A stretch of DNA of 64,000 nucleotides from Verrucomicrobiota bacterium (lineage in GTDB: Bacteria > Verrucomicrobiota > Verrucomicrobiia > Methylacidiphilales > JBCCWR01): assembly GCA_039192515.1 (NCBI GenBank), contig JBCCXA010000010.1, forward strand, positions 11,126 to 75,125, written 5' to 3'. Each line of letters opens with the position of its first letter. Positions within the stretch are counted from its first letter, which is position 1. Both the position numbers and the translations under genes were made by a program. The notes below the pieces were generated by a model. That model searched no databases, was not told where the DNA came from, and saw nothing but the letters and a program-made list of their open reading frames with translations. This document shows positions 21,023 to 31,027 of the stretch, piece by piece.

Positions 21023-22825
21023 ATGAAAGATCTTAGCCTAGATATCGACAGTCTACGTCGAGCTTACCAACAAAAGTGCATCACGCCTCGTGAAGTAGTA
21101 GAAATGATTCACAAGCGAATGGACGGGCAAGAATGGCGTAATGTCTGGATCACTAAATTAACTCTCGAGCAACTCGAGCCTTATTTTAGATCCCTACCCT
21201 TTAGCAAAATCGATTCTCTTCCACTCTATGGCATTCCATTCGCCATTAAGGATAACATTGATCTCGTAGACATTCCTACTACCGCAGCATGTCCAGAATA
21301 TGCCTACATACCGACTGAGTCTGCGTACGTCGTTCAGCAACTCATCCATGCTGGAGCTATTCCTATTGGCAAAACAAATCTAGATCAATTTGCAACTGGA
21401 CTAGTGGGCACACGCTCTCCTTATGGATCTTGCCCCAATAGTTTCAATCCGCAATATATCTCTGGAGGGTCTAGCTCCGGTTCAGCAATTGCTGTGGCTC
21501 TTGGTTGGGCATCTTTTTCCTTAGGGACTGATACAGCTGGCTCCGGAAGAGTTCCAGCCTCCTTCAATAATCTTGTTGGCTTAAAGCCTACTCGAGGTGT
21601 TTTAAGCACTAAGGGTGTAGTGCCTGCATGTCGAACACTAGACTGTGTCTCTATCTTTGCTCTCCATGTTGGCGATGCTAAAAAAGTTTTCAATATCTCC
21701 TCAATATATAACCAAAAGGATTCTTATTCTCGGCCATTCCACGCTCGTAAAAACAGGTCTGTGAACCAACTCAAGATCGGCATACCCATAAAAAAGCAAA
21801 TCTTCAGTGAAGAGTTCCCTGAAACATATAGACTATTGAATGAAAATACTAGCCTTTTAAAAAACTTAGGTTATGAAATCCTACAAGTTGACATTTCCCC
21901 TATGCTTCAAGCAGCTAAGCTCTTGTATGAAGGACCATGGTTAGCAGAACGCTATGCCGCTATAAAGGAATTCATTGAAAAACAGCCCGAAAGCCTTTTC
22001 CCCACAACCAGAGAAATTATTACTTGTGGGAAAAAGGCTTCAGCTGTAGAGGCCTTTACAGCTTCTTACAGACTGCAAGACCTCATCCGAGAATCAGAAA
22101 AAATTTGGGAATCGATTGATGTTCTGTTAACTCCAACCACACAGACCATCTACACTTTAAAGGAAATTGATTCTGATCCAATCCGACTCAATTCTCTATT
22201 AGGGACATTCACCAATTTTATGAACTTGCTTGATTTCAGCGCCATCACGGTACCTGCTGGCCGCTATCGAGAGCAGTTACCCGACCTTCCTTTTGGCATT
22301 ACTTGTGTTGCCCCAAGCTTTTCCGATCTTGATCTTATAAGATTTGCAACGCCTTTCCATCAAGCTCAAAAATGTTCCATGGGTGCTACAGAACACCCGG
22401 TCCCCCAGGATGTACCAGATGATAAAGCTCCACCTACTCATGTTGCCCTAGCCGTATGCGGAGCTCATCTCTCTGGTTTACCTCTCAACCACCAATTAAC
22501 AGAACGTCAGGCGAAGCTTCTCAAATGCTGTAAAACAGCACCATCCTATCAATTTTTTGCTTTAGAAGGTGGCCCTCCCTATCGACCAGGTCTTATTCGA
22601 TCTAATCAAGGTGATGCAATTGAGGTTGAAATTTGGGAAATGCCCCTAAAACATTTTGGATCTTTTGTTGCGAATATCCCTGAGCCTCTTGGCATCGGCA
22701 AAGTAGAGCTTGAAAATGGTTCGTGGGTTTCTGGGTTTATTTGCGAAGATTATGCAATTGAAAAAGCTGTAGACATTACATCGTTTGGGAGCTGGAGAAA
22801 CTATATGTCCTCTTTGAATCAGTAA
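21023..22825 (+). CDS. Allophanate hydrolase (amidase-signature family)
   Basis: FAIKDNID, GGSSSGSA and GTDTAGSGR form the amidase signature, and a C-terminal AtzF-like domain is present. ATG 21023 is used; the track start at 20957 overlaps the carboxylase. Confidence 0.85.
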   Translation: MKDLSLDIDSLRRAYQQKCITPREVVEMIHKRMDGQEWRNVWITKLTLEQLEPYFRSLPFSKIDSLPLYGIPFAIKDNIDLVDIPTTAACPEYAYIPTESAYVVQQLIHAGAIPIGKTNLDQFATGLVGTRSPYGSCPNSFNPQYISGGSSSGSAIAVALGWASFSLGTDTAGSGRVPASFNNLVGLKPTRGVLSTKGVVPACRTLDCVSIFALHVGDAKKVFNISSIYNQKDSYSRPFHARKNRSVNQLKIGIPIKKQIFSEEFPETYRLLNENTSLLKNLGYEILQVDISPMLQAAKLLYEGPWLAERYAAIKEFIEKQPESLFPTTREIITCGKKASAVEAFTASYRLQDLIRESEKIWESIDVLLTPTTQTIYTLKEIDSDPIRLNSLLGTFTNFMNLLDFSAITVPAGRYREQLPDLPFGITCVAPSFSDLDLIRFATPFHQAQKCSMGATEHPVPQDVPDDKAPPTHVALAVCGAHLSGLPLNHQLTERQAKLLKCCKTAPSYQFFALEGGPPYRPGLIRSNQGDAIEVEIWEMPLKHFGSFVANIPEPLGIGKVELENGSWVSGFICEDYAIEKAVDITSFGSWRNYMSSLNQ

Positions 22826-22847
22826 TTATGAACCTAAAGAAAAGAAC

Positions 22848-23234
22848 TCAAGACTCGCTATAAATAATTCCCATAGATTTGGTATAGGTTTCAATGCCTG
22901 TAAAATGAGCCTCCTTATCTCCCTGCAAGTAGCGAGTAGCTAACTCTTTCTCTATCTTCTTCAATCGCTTGATATGCTTCCTAGCTACCTCACCTTCAAG
23001 TGTCCCAAGCTGCTTACGATTAGCGCTTACTTTTTTACTAGACTGAGTCGTCCTGTAATCTTCAGTTAGTGAGGTATATTTTTTCTGCAAACGCAACAAT
23101 TCTGTGGTGCGCAAATAGCTAAGCGAATAATCTTCAACCTCTGTCTTAAGCGATCGGCTACTATCCAAACTCTGACATGCTTGCATGAAAAAGGTCACCG
23201 CAAAACAGCAAGAAAGAAAACTCACAAGCCTCAT
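22848..23234 (-). CDS. Hypothetical secreted/lipoprotein
   Basis: 128 aa with a signal-like N-terminus MRLVSFLSCCFAVTFFMQACQS. No family was recognised. Confidence 0.5.
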   Translation of the reverse strand: MRLVSFLSCCFAVTFFMQACQSLDSSRSLKTEVEDYSLSYLRTTELLRLQKKYTSLTEDYRTTQSSKKVSANRKQLGTLEGEVARKHIKRLKKIEKELATRYLQGDKEAHFTGIETYTKSMGIIYSES

Positions 23235-23301
23235 AAAAACAGTGAAGCTTCGCGAATGTTTTGATCAAGACAGAACTTCGTTAATAAAGTTTTGGAAATA
23301 A

Positions 23302-24270
23302 TTACTTTTTTCGCGTAAGTCGCCAATTGAAGGCATTTACGCCTCTAATTGAACGACGTTGACTTTCTCTCTTAACCAAAGTGTCATCCACCCCTATCGT
23401 CTTAGTCTTATCATCATCAGTAGTATTGGATGATAGTGCACTGCTTCGCTTTGGCGCAGGAAGCGGTTTTACTATTTTAGGGACTTCTTGGAAAGGCGCC
23501 GTGCCTCTCGTGCTCTTATCTATGTTCTGGGGTACTGGTGCAGCTGATGTTAAAGCTGAAAGACTCTTGTTCTTAATGGTGGCATTTGCACGAAGCAATA
23601 CACTACCTACATAGATAGCATCTCCTGGAACCAATAAAGCATCCTCAACCTTTTCCTCGCGAAAATAGATACCATTGGTAGAGCCTAGGTCTAATACCTG
23701 TATAGTATTTTTAGTTACAGATACAGAGCAATGTCTCCGTGAAATTGAATGATGGGGAATAACTAATTCTGCAAACTCAGGCGTAGCACCAATAATCACA
23801 GTCCCTTTTTTTAACTCAAAAATATAACCTTTTAGCTCTGTATTCTCTGCTTCTAGGTATAGGGTATAGCGCCTAAAATCAGGCAATAAAACCGTTTGCT
23901 TTTTTTTGTCTACTCCATCAGACAAATCATCCCCTGTCATCTGCTGGATATGGCTTAACAACAACGCATTAGCAGGAAATTTTTCTGCTAACTTCCCAAA
24001 CTCAAACAACACCTCTCTAGTTGTAACTTGACAGCTTACCCTATCAGACACTTCTCCCAAACGCCATTCAACCTTTGATTTTTCCCAGGCTAGCATTCCT
24101 AACACGGCTACTCGATGGCTCAGAGACCTCGTAAAGGCACGGGTCACCAAGCCTTTGGTTAGATAAATTTCACCGATATCTGGCACGTCTAAACGCTCTA
24201 CGTATAGACACCCCGTCTCCGCTTTAGGCCCAGCAAGTTGTAGGTTTTTTATCAGATTAGAGTTAGCCAT
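23302..24270 (-). CDS. FHA-domain protein
   Basis: IGATPEFAELVIPHHSISRRHCSV..LDLGSTNGIYF..GDAIYVG is an FHA core in the C-terminal half of a 322-aa protein. Confidence 0.75.
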   Translation of the reverse strand: MANSNLIKNLQLAGPKAETGCLYVERLDVPDIGEIYLTKGLVTRAFTRSLSHRVAVLGMLAWEKSKVEWRLGEVSDRVSCQVTTREVLFEFGKLAEKFPANALLLSHIQQMTGDDLSDGVDKKKQTVLLPDFRRYTLYLEAENTELKGYIFELKKGTVIIGATPEFAELVIPHHSISRRHCSVSVTKNTIQVLDLGSTNGIYFREEKVEDALLVPGDAIYVGSVLLRANATIKNKSLSALTSAAPVPQNIDKSTRGTAPFQEVPKIVKPLPAPKRSSALSSNTTDDDKTKTIGVDDTLVKRESQRRSIRGVNAFNWRLTRKK

Positions 24271-24435
24271 AGTCTCCTATCCTCCCCCTCGCAGCTTTCC
24301 CGTATTTTGTTAATATAAGCTACAATTGACATTAGATCGAGCTTTTTAAGTTCTATCTAAAAAAGTTTAGAGCTTATCAAGGCAGTATTTTGCAGAGGCT
24401 ATGCAAAATAACACAAATATGGCGTAATACCAAAG

Positions 24436-25404
24436 TCAACGTTTAATACTGGCCATGACAAGTGCTTCAGGTCCCTCAGCTTGCATAATCAAATTCCCAC
24501 GCCTGTCTAACTGTAGATCATAACCGCCAACACTAATTTTGCCACGCAGTAACCCATAGAGCTCTTGTGAACCAATTTTTATACGATTTTGGCCTCTCTC
24601 CAAAAACAGCTCATCTTGCGCTTTTGTAATAGTGCTTTCAACGCCCCTGGAGACAAAAGAATAAGAGGCACCTGACTCTAGTTGATCTTTAAGGGCTGGA
24701 TATAACAACATACCAAAATGGAACATCTTGGGTTTCCACCATTTCGCTGTCCAAACCTTATTATTTTCATCAAAATCTACATCAGCTTTCCTCAAAAAAC
24801 CCTTTTGCTTGGCAATATCTTCAACTGGAAAATTGCCAGCCTTATTGTTTAAACTCTTAACATCTACAGGCTGTGCTTGCTCGATTACCGGTAATGCTTG
24901 CGCTTCTTTGGCAGTTGTTTCAGCTCGGGCCGGCACCTCTTCACTCCAAGAAACAAGAACTGGCCGCTGGGGATCTTGAACTTTATTCGCAATAAGTGAA
25001 ACCTCTCTATCTAGCTTTGCAGGAAGAGCTTTCAAAGACTTTTCTTGCATGGCACTAGCTTTTACCTCATCAGCAGTTGTATAAGCTCTACTTTGGGTTT
25101 CAGATTGAACTAGCGGCTTAGACTCCATGGGCTTATTGAGAGATTTCGGCTCCTTAGACTCTGGTAAAGTTTTTGCAAAGTGAGGCCCTGGCTTTGGGAG
25201 AGCATCTGTTACTGCATAGCCTTGAACATCACTCACCCCTCTAGCTAAGAAATACTCCTGCGCCAATTTCTTCTCCTGGGCTAAAATATCAGCCCAAGGG
25301 GAATGATGAGGTAATAATTTAGCCTCGCTAGTAGGGATTTGATCTCGAGTTTGCCCAGCTAACCTAAAATAAGATGTAAGTACAGATGGCTTCACACCTT
25401 CCAT
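24436..25404 (-). CDS. Hypothetical protein (Pro/Lys/Glu-rich N-half, globular C-half)
   Basis: 322-aa ORF co-directional with the FHA gene. No family was recognised. Confidence 0.5.
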   Translation of the reverse strand: MEGVKPSVLTSYFRLAGQTRDQIPTSEAKLLPHHSPWADILAQEKKLAQEYFLARGVSDVQGYAVTDALPKPGPHFAKTLPESKEPKSLNKPMESKPLVQSETQSRAYTTADEVKASAMQEKSLKALPAKLDREVSLIANKVQDPQRPVLVSWSEEVPARAETTAKEAQALPVIEQAQPVDVKSLNNKAGNFPVEDIAKQKGFLRKADVDFDENNKVWTAKWWKPKMFHFGMLLYPALKDQLESGASYSFVSRGVESTITKAQDELFLERGQNRIKIGSQELYGLLRGKISVGGYDLQLDRRGNLIMQAEGPEALVMASIKR

Positions 25405-25490
25405 AATCTAAATTTACGCACATCCTGTGCCAATATTGATAGATCTCATTGCTCTCCTATGATCAGGCTTATAAAAGAGCTCACTTAGCT

Positions 25491-25663
25491 CTAACCTAGA
25501 TGATGTCATAGAAGTTGAACGAGATACGTAAAAGCTTGAGCCACAGGAAAAAGAGAGTCGACGGAGATGTAACAGAAAGGTGACATCTCTTGGGGACTCT
25601 ATGTTTCTTCGTGACAAGATCTTGCACAGATTCTTAAGTGTCTATGGCATCATTCTGGGTTTA
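25491..25663. repeat. Intergenic repeat family, copy B (short form, ~75-nt internal deletion)
   Basis: It shares CTAACCTAGATGATGTCATAGAAG..GAGAT..AAAAGCTTGAGCCACAGGAAAAAGAGAGTCGAC..AGAAAGGTGA..AGATCTTGCACAGATTCTTAAG with copies A and C. Confidence 0.7.
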
Positions 25664-25860
25664 ACGAGGCAAAAAAATCCTTAGCCTCGGAAACTCTTTC
25701 TCATAGCTAGAGAAATAGCCTGATTTACCCCCTTTTGTACACAGAAGCCTATATTCCCAGAGCACCTAATTTAGAAAAGTGAGAAGAAATTTGTTACCTA
25801 TTTTATTGATCTCAATCGCTTTTTTGGCCAGGCAATCACTTCTTGCCATGAATGCTCCTG

Positions 25861-26108
25861 TTAAACCTAGACTGTGCAATAGAAATTGAAAGAGATGCAT
25901 AAAAGCTTGAGTCAGAAGGAATAGAGAGTCGACCAAGATCTATTCATTGTATCGTCTGAGCGTAGCTATCAAGCATGTAGAGCGCCAATCCAGATAGAGG
26001 TGAAACCTGAGCCTCAATAAGGTGATAGCTCTAAGGAGAGAATTATGTTCATTAGAGGGACGGGATCTTACACAGATCTTTAAGACTCTACGGCGCCATT
26101 CGGGTTTC
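25861..26108. repeat. Intergenic repeat family, copy C (long form)
   Basis: Contains TTAAACCTAGA..GAGATGCATAAAAGCTTGAGTCAGAAGGAATAGAGAGTCGAC..GTCTGAGCGTAGC..CCAGATAGAGGTGA..GGATCTTACACAGATCTTTAAG..GGGTTT. It has the same orientation as copy B and starts ~200 bp downstream of copy B's end. Confidence 0.7.
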
Positions 26109-26172
26109 ATCTAGCAACTCTAATGCAAATAAGCGGCAAATACCGACTAAGAGCTGCTTTAAAGTTACGGAA

Positions 26173-26508
26173 TTAATTTAAATCTCTTCTTTTGGCATGC
26201 TCACAAAGCCATTTGACGCGTTCTGGTGGACTCAGCATGATAAGCTCTACTGCTTCATCCATCAGTACCTCCGAATTGTCACAATCGATCACTGCACGGA
26301 AATCGGTATCCAAGGAGTAATAATTAAGAGTTACCGGGTCTGTGAGCTCTTCAGGTGCACTCGTTCTTTCAAAATTCATGGAGCAGACCTTATCTCCTTC
26401 CGAGAACTTCATCTCATAACCCCTGCAAACATCCGCCACGAGTAACTCATCCCAACTATTCGACCTGTAGTAAAATTCTACTTCTGAAGGATTTTCAAAA
26501 TTCGGCAT
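26173..26508 (-). CDS. Hypothetical protein
   Basis: 111-aa ORF with no recognised family. Confidence 0.45.
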   Translation of the reverse strand: MPNFENPSEVEFYYRSNSWDELLVADVCRGYEMKFSEGDKVCSMNFERTSAPEELTDPVTLNYYSLDTDFRAVIDCDNSEVLMDEAVELIMLSPPERVKWLCEHAKRRDLN

Positions 26509-26649
26509 ATAACGAGTGTCTCTTTCCTATAACACGGTACTATTATATTATTCGACTCGATTTCACCCGAAATAAGCTTATCTCAAATAATTTTCTTAGC
26601 TTGCTAGCGGCGGAAAGAATTGCTTTAATCACCGTTCGTTTTTGTGCCT

Positions 26650-26734
26650 GGAAGGGTGGCAGAGTGGACGATTGCACCGGTCTTGAAAACCGGCGTGCCG
26701 CGAGGTACCGTGGGTTCGAATCCCACCCCTTCCG
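26650..26734 (+). tRNA. tRNA-Ser (anticodon UGA)
   Basis: Folded by hand. The acceptor is GGAAGGG/CCCTTCC with discriminator G. The anticodon arm is CCGGT-CTTGAAA-ACCGG, there is a long variable arm, and the T arm is GTGGG-TTCGAAT-CCCAC. No CCA is encoded. Confidence 0.95.
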
Positions 26735-26956
26735 AAATTGTCAGAAGCAAAACGTTGGCTCTCACCAAAAATTGGGCACACTCGAATGTTAATCATATTA
26801 GTCAGTAATATCGCGTCCTATGTACTCATCTCTAGGCCATGATTGACGAAATAGCGTTTATTCAACAATATCCTAGAAACCATCAGATGTGGATACAGCA
26901 ATTCATAGATTCTAAAAAATCTTCAAACCTCTCATCTGAGTATATTTTTTCTGTTT

Positions 26957-27994
26957 ATGAATAGCGAGCATATCATATGGGTCAGTATTTTCTTGTGCCT
27001 CTCGCAAAGCGCTATCTTTTCAGGACTGAATATTGGTCTCTTTTCCCTTAGCAAACTAAGCCTAGAGGCTCGAGCGCAGAGCGGAAGTAAGGAAGCCCGC
27101 AAAATCCTAAGCCTCCGCAGCAACTCAAACAAACTGCTGGCTACCATTTTATGGGGAAATGTCTCAGCTAATTGTCTACTGACTATGTTAAGTGACTCTG
27201 TGTTAGCCGGTGTCGCAGCTTTTTGCTTCTCTACTATCGCAATTACTATTATTGGAGAAATTTTGCCCCAAGCATATTTTTCTAGATACGCACTCAAGAT
27301 TGGTTACATTTTAGCGCCACTTATCAGCTTTTATACCATCCTTCTCTACCCAATAGTGAAATTGACCACGCTATTTTTGGATCGCCTCCTAGGCCAGGAA
27401 GGCCCCGTTTACTTTAGAGAAAAAGACCTCCATTTCATATTGAAGAGGCACACAGAAGAAGAAGGTACAGACATCGGCGCTGTCGAAGGCATAGGTGCCA
27501 TGAATTTCTTAAAACTTGATGACATCCCGGTTTCCAAGGAGGGAGAAGTGCTTCATTCTAAAAGTATCATTTCCTTACCCACGAAAAAGGGAATCGTCTT
27601 TTTTCCCGAGATAACCATGGAGTTCGATGACCCTTTCCTAAAGCAAGTCAATGCCAGTGGCATGCCTTGGGTGGTCATTACCGATTACAAAAATGACCCT
27701 AAACTTGTATTAGATGCCGATGGCCTCATGCGAGATATCATTTCACAGAAACAAAGAAGACCCTTTTTCCACTGCCATAAGCCTATTGTCGTTACAGACT
27801 CAGCCAAAACATTGGAGGACATCATAAGCAAACTTCACGTCCATAAGACACATGCCGAGGATGATGTTATCGATCACGATATTATCCTATATTGGGGGAA
27901 GACAGAAAAAAGAATCATTACCGGGGCAGATATCCTGGGAAGGCTACTCAGAGGTATCGTCCAAGGAAAAACAATTAGTCCTAAGGGCAACTAA
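26957..27994 (+). CDS. DUF21/CNNM-family membrane protein (TlyC/CorC-like)
   Basis: N-terminal TM domain with GEILPQAYFSRYALKIG, typical of DUF21, plus a cytoplasmic C-terminal region. Confidence 0.65.
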   Translation: MNSEHIIWVSIFLCLSQSAIFSGLNIGLFSLSKLSLEARAQSGSKEARKILSLRSNSNKLLATILWGNVSANCLLTMLSDSVLAGVAAFCFSTIAITIIGEILPQAYFSRYALKIGYILAPLISFYTILLYPIVKLTTLFLDRLLGQEGPVYFREKDLHFILKRHTEEEGTDIGAVEGIGAMNFLKLDDIPVSKEGEVLHSKSIISLPTKKGIVFFPEITMEFDDPFLKQVNASGMPWVVITDYKNDPKLVLDADGLMRDIISQKQRRPFFHCHKPIVVTDSAKTLEDIISKLHVHKTHAEDDVIDHDIILYWGKTEKRIITGADILGRLLRGIVQGKTISPKGN

Positions 27995-28024
27995 TGAACT
28001 ATTCATATTAGGTGACCATAAACA

Positions 28025-28408
28025 CTAAGCGGCCATTACTAAACCCATATCCGATACCTTAGCTAATACTAACTTTAATTCCCTATATCCAAAGGGCTTC
28101 TGCATAAAATCAATAATTCCAAGACTTTCTTTCTGAAAACAATTTAAATGTAAAGGTGAACCTGACATAATTACTGCAGGAATCGAACAATGTAAGTTTC
28201 TTACGCATTCTATAACTTCTAAACCATTTTCTCCTGGCATATGGTAATCCGTTAAGAAGCAATCATACTCTTTATCCGAAATTACCTCTAAAACATCCTG
28301 AGCAGAAGCCACGGATGTCGCATCCCAGCCGGTAGCATTTGCCACCACTGCAATAGTCTTTCCCAAAGTTTGATCGTCGTCTAGTATTAATAATTTTTTC
28401 CTACTCAT
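28025..28408 (-). CDS. Single-domain response regulator (CheY-like receiver)
   Basis: 127 aa with KLLILDDD, a phospho-acceptor context CFLTDYHMPGENG and the MQKPF pocket. Confidence 0.85.
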   Translation of the reverse strand: MSRKKLLILDDDQTLGKTIAVVANATGWDATSVASAQDVLEVISDKEYDCFLTDYHMPGENGLEVIECVRNLHCSIPAVIMSGSPLHLNCFQKESLGIIDFMQKPFGYRELKLVLAKVSDMGLVMAA

Positions 28409-28694
28409 ATAAACCTCCTTACGGTGAATAATACACTCTGCTAATTTTTAAATTTAAGTCATTAATTCCGTTTATCAATAGGTCAGATGAAATAGATGGG
28501 CATTTGATTTCATTTAATTTCTAGAATTTTAACTAGTTAGAGCTCAACCAATTTTATTGAAGCTCAGGATTTGGCACAGCCATATCATCCGTCAAATTAA
28601 GATGATTACTTATTAAAGAAAAAATGTGTATGACCGATTGTAATTAAATTAGTAAAACAATTAATTTAAACCTCTATTTTCTCCTTTCAGCGCC

Positions 28695-29756
28695 ATGCAA
28701 AATTCATCCCAACACGGTTTATTTAAGAGCCTAATGGACACCCCACTAATCGTTTCAGTGATTGCTCATGTTCTCTTATTCTTAATGGTTGGAACGGTTG
28801 TTATTTTCGAAAAACCTATGATCCAGAACCATTTTGAGTTAGGAGAACTAGGCGTTTCCCTCTCACAAGATAAACTCGTTGAAGATGAGCTCCTATTTGA
28901 AGAGATAGAAACACTATCGCTTGAAGTGCCAACAGAAATGCAGGAGGTAGATAACCCGACGGTGGGCAGTCCTAATGTATCAGCAATTGCTGATGTCATC
29001 ACTTCGATGAGCTCAATTAATCTAAGTCACAGAGTCTTTGTTCCAGAAAATACTGCCTTTGCCTTTGATAGTATTGCTAAAGGGATAGGGTATGGTCTAG
29101 GCGAAGGTTCTGGCTTAGGAAATGGAGTTGGCAGAGGAGCTGGGAGATTGTCCTCCAAGGTTAGTTTTTTTGGGGTTCAAGCCGAGGGCGTCAATATTCA
29201 ATTCATCATTGATCTTTCTGCCTCAATGAGGGGGCCAAAAATCGAGCGCCTTAGAAGCGAAATGATAAAAGCAATTTCTAGCTTAGAAAATGGCTCTCAA
29301 GTATCCATTATATGTTTTGCTGGCCGCGGTTGGGTCTGGGGAACACCATACCAAACATTCGTAGCCACGAATGAACGCGGATCAAGAATTGTTAGAAAAG
29401 ATTGGACATCTCCCAAGCCTAAATGGATTCCTATAGATGAATTTTCCCGAGCTGAGCTTTTAAGCCAGGCCAAAGAGATCTCATACTCCAAGACTATATA
29501 TGGAACTAACTGGACAGAAGCCGTGGATTTAGCAAAGAGGGTCAGCCCAAATCCATCAGCGGTATTTTTTATGACTGACGGTCGACACAATGGTAGTAAC
29601 CTTTCAGAGTTCAACCATTCTGTTGCCGACTGGTCTGAGAATGGTTTCCCATTCAATATCGTTTTCCTTGGAAATAATTTACCTGAAAGAGGTGAAAAAT
29701 CTTTAACAGCGGCTGCCAAATCCTCTAACGGTATCTTTAAAATGGTCAGAGATTAA
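28695..29756 (+). CDS. Membrane-anchored von Willebrand factor A domain protein
   Basis: An N-terminal TM helix, a Gly-rich linker, and a vWA MIDAS-like motif FIIDLSASM..FFMTDG. Confidence 0.7.
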   Translation: MQNSSQHGLFKSLMDTPLIVSVIAHVLLFLMVGTVVIFEKPMIQNHFELGELGVSLSQDKLVEDELLFEEIETLSLEVPTEMQEVDNPTVGSPNVSAIADVITSMSSINLSHRVFVPENTAFAFDSIAKGIGYGLGEGSGLGNGVGRGAGRLSSKVSFFGVQAEGVNIQFIIDLSASMRGPKIERLRSEMIKAISSLENGSQVSIICFAGRGWVWGTPYQTFVATNERGSRIVRKDWTSPKPKWIPIDEFSRAELLSQAKEISYSKTIYGTNWTEAVDLAKRVSPNPSAVFFMTDGRHNGSNLSEFNHSVADWSENGFPFNIVFLGNNLPERGEKSLTAAAKSSNGIFKMVRD

Positions 29757-30268
29757 ACACCTGCGTGGCTCTCCGGTACAGCAGCTGCCAATGAGTACTT
29801 GAAACTCCTCTAATGTTTTCTGTTTCCCTAAAATAATAGACAAAATAATCATCTGGTAAATTTTAAGTAAGGTTCTTTAGCTCAATAGCCTCGTTATCAT
29901 TTGATCGCGATCCGTAAAGACTTAAACTAATAGTCAACGAACTTGCAGGTCCATGAAAGGGAAAAACCGATAATAATATCCTTCTAACAAGAACCTCGAG
30001 AGTCAAGTAGACTCGATATTTCCTAATCTTATGATCTTGGGAGAACTTGAATCTGCTAACTCGCCCCCTGTTCTTCCTAGGCGGTAAAAATCTTTTTTCA
30101 CTAAAGGAGATCCAGACCTGAAATTTAAGGTTTGGAAATAGGCATAGATAATATTTGCTTGGTGCTGCTTTATTCTTACAGGCAAGTTCACCAACATCAG
30201 TAGATAGAAGATTGGAATCAATTCGCTTGATGAACCGCTGCCATTATCTACCGTTGGAAGTAAACTTT

Positions 30269-30979
30269 ATGAAAATACCAATGAAATCATTCACGTTAGC
30301 CATATCATTATTCATATTTACTTCTTTTGGCAGTTATGCAGGAGAATCCCTTAACACCCTATCTGAAAAAGAAAAAAATGAAGGATGGAAGCTACTCTTT
30401 AATGGAACAGACAAAGACGGTTGGAGAACCTATCAAAAAGAGGTCGCTTCTGAATTGTGGCAAGTCATCGATGGGGCGCTTGTCTTGACTGCCAAGGGAG
30501 GCGGAGATCTTATTTATAAAAAGACCTTTAGTGATTTCGAGTTAAAAGTTGAATGGCAAATCACCAAAGATGGTAATAGCGGCATTTTTTGGAGAGCTTC
30601 TGAGGATGCTAAAAAGATCTATATGACCTCTCCTGAGTATCAGGTAGTCGATCATTTTGGTGAAAAATTTGGCAATGTCCCAGTTAAAGAAAAAGCTGGT
30701 TCTGAATTTGGTCTTTACGATACAGACCCCAAACTAGCTAAACCACCCGGACAATGGAACCAGTCTCGTATTCTTGTAAAAGGAAATGATGTCAAATACT
30801 ACCTCAATGGAACAAAGACAGTAGAATATACACTCTACTCAGAAGAATGGGAAGAGAAGATCAAAAACACGAAGTTTAGCAAGTGGCCTAAATACGCTCG
30901 TAATGCTAAAGGGTTCATCGGCCTGCAGGACCATGGAGATAAAGTGTTATATCGCAACATCAAAATCCGCGAACTCTAG
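30269..30979 (+). CDS. Secreted DUF1080 (3-keto-disaccharide hydrolase-like) protein
   Basis: Signal peptide MKIPMKSFTLAISLFIFTSFGSYAGE. GWKLLFNG..DGW and IGLQDHGDKVLYRNIKIREL are DUF1080 hallmarks. ATG 30269 is preferred over the track start at 30155. Confidence 0.75.
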   Translation: MKIPMKSFTLAISLFIFTSFGSYAGESLNTLSEKEKNEGWKLLFNGTDKDGWRTYQKEVASELWQVIDGALVLTAKGGGDLIYKKTFSDFELKVEWQITKDGNSGIFWRASEDAKKIYMTSPEYQVVDHFGEKFGNVPVKEKAGSEFGLYDTDPKLAKPPGQWNQSRILVKGNDVKYYLNGTKTVEYTLYSEEWEEKIKNTKFSKWPKYARNAKGFIGLQDHGDKVLYRNIKIREL

Positions 30980-31027
30980 TGAATTTGTTCCTATTTTTGC
31001 AGAGATTCATGCCATAATCTGCGACTT

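Noticed and set aside
25414-25617. The 67-aa minus-strand ORF covering repeat copy B.
   Set aside because: The homologous copies A and C do not preserve this frame, so the conservation is at the nucleotide level.
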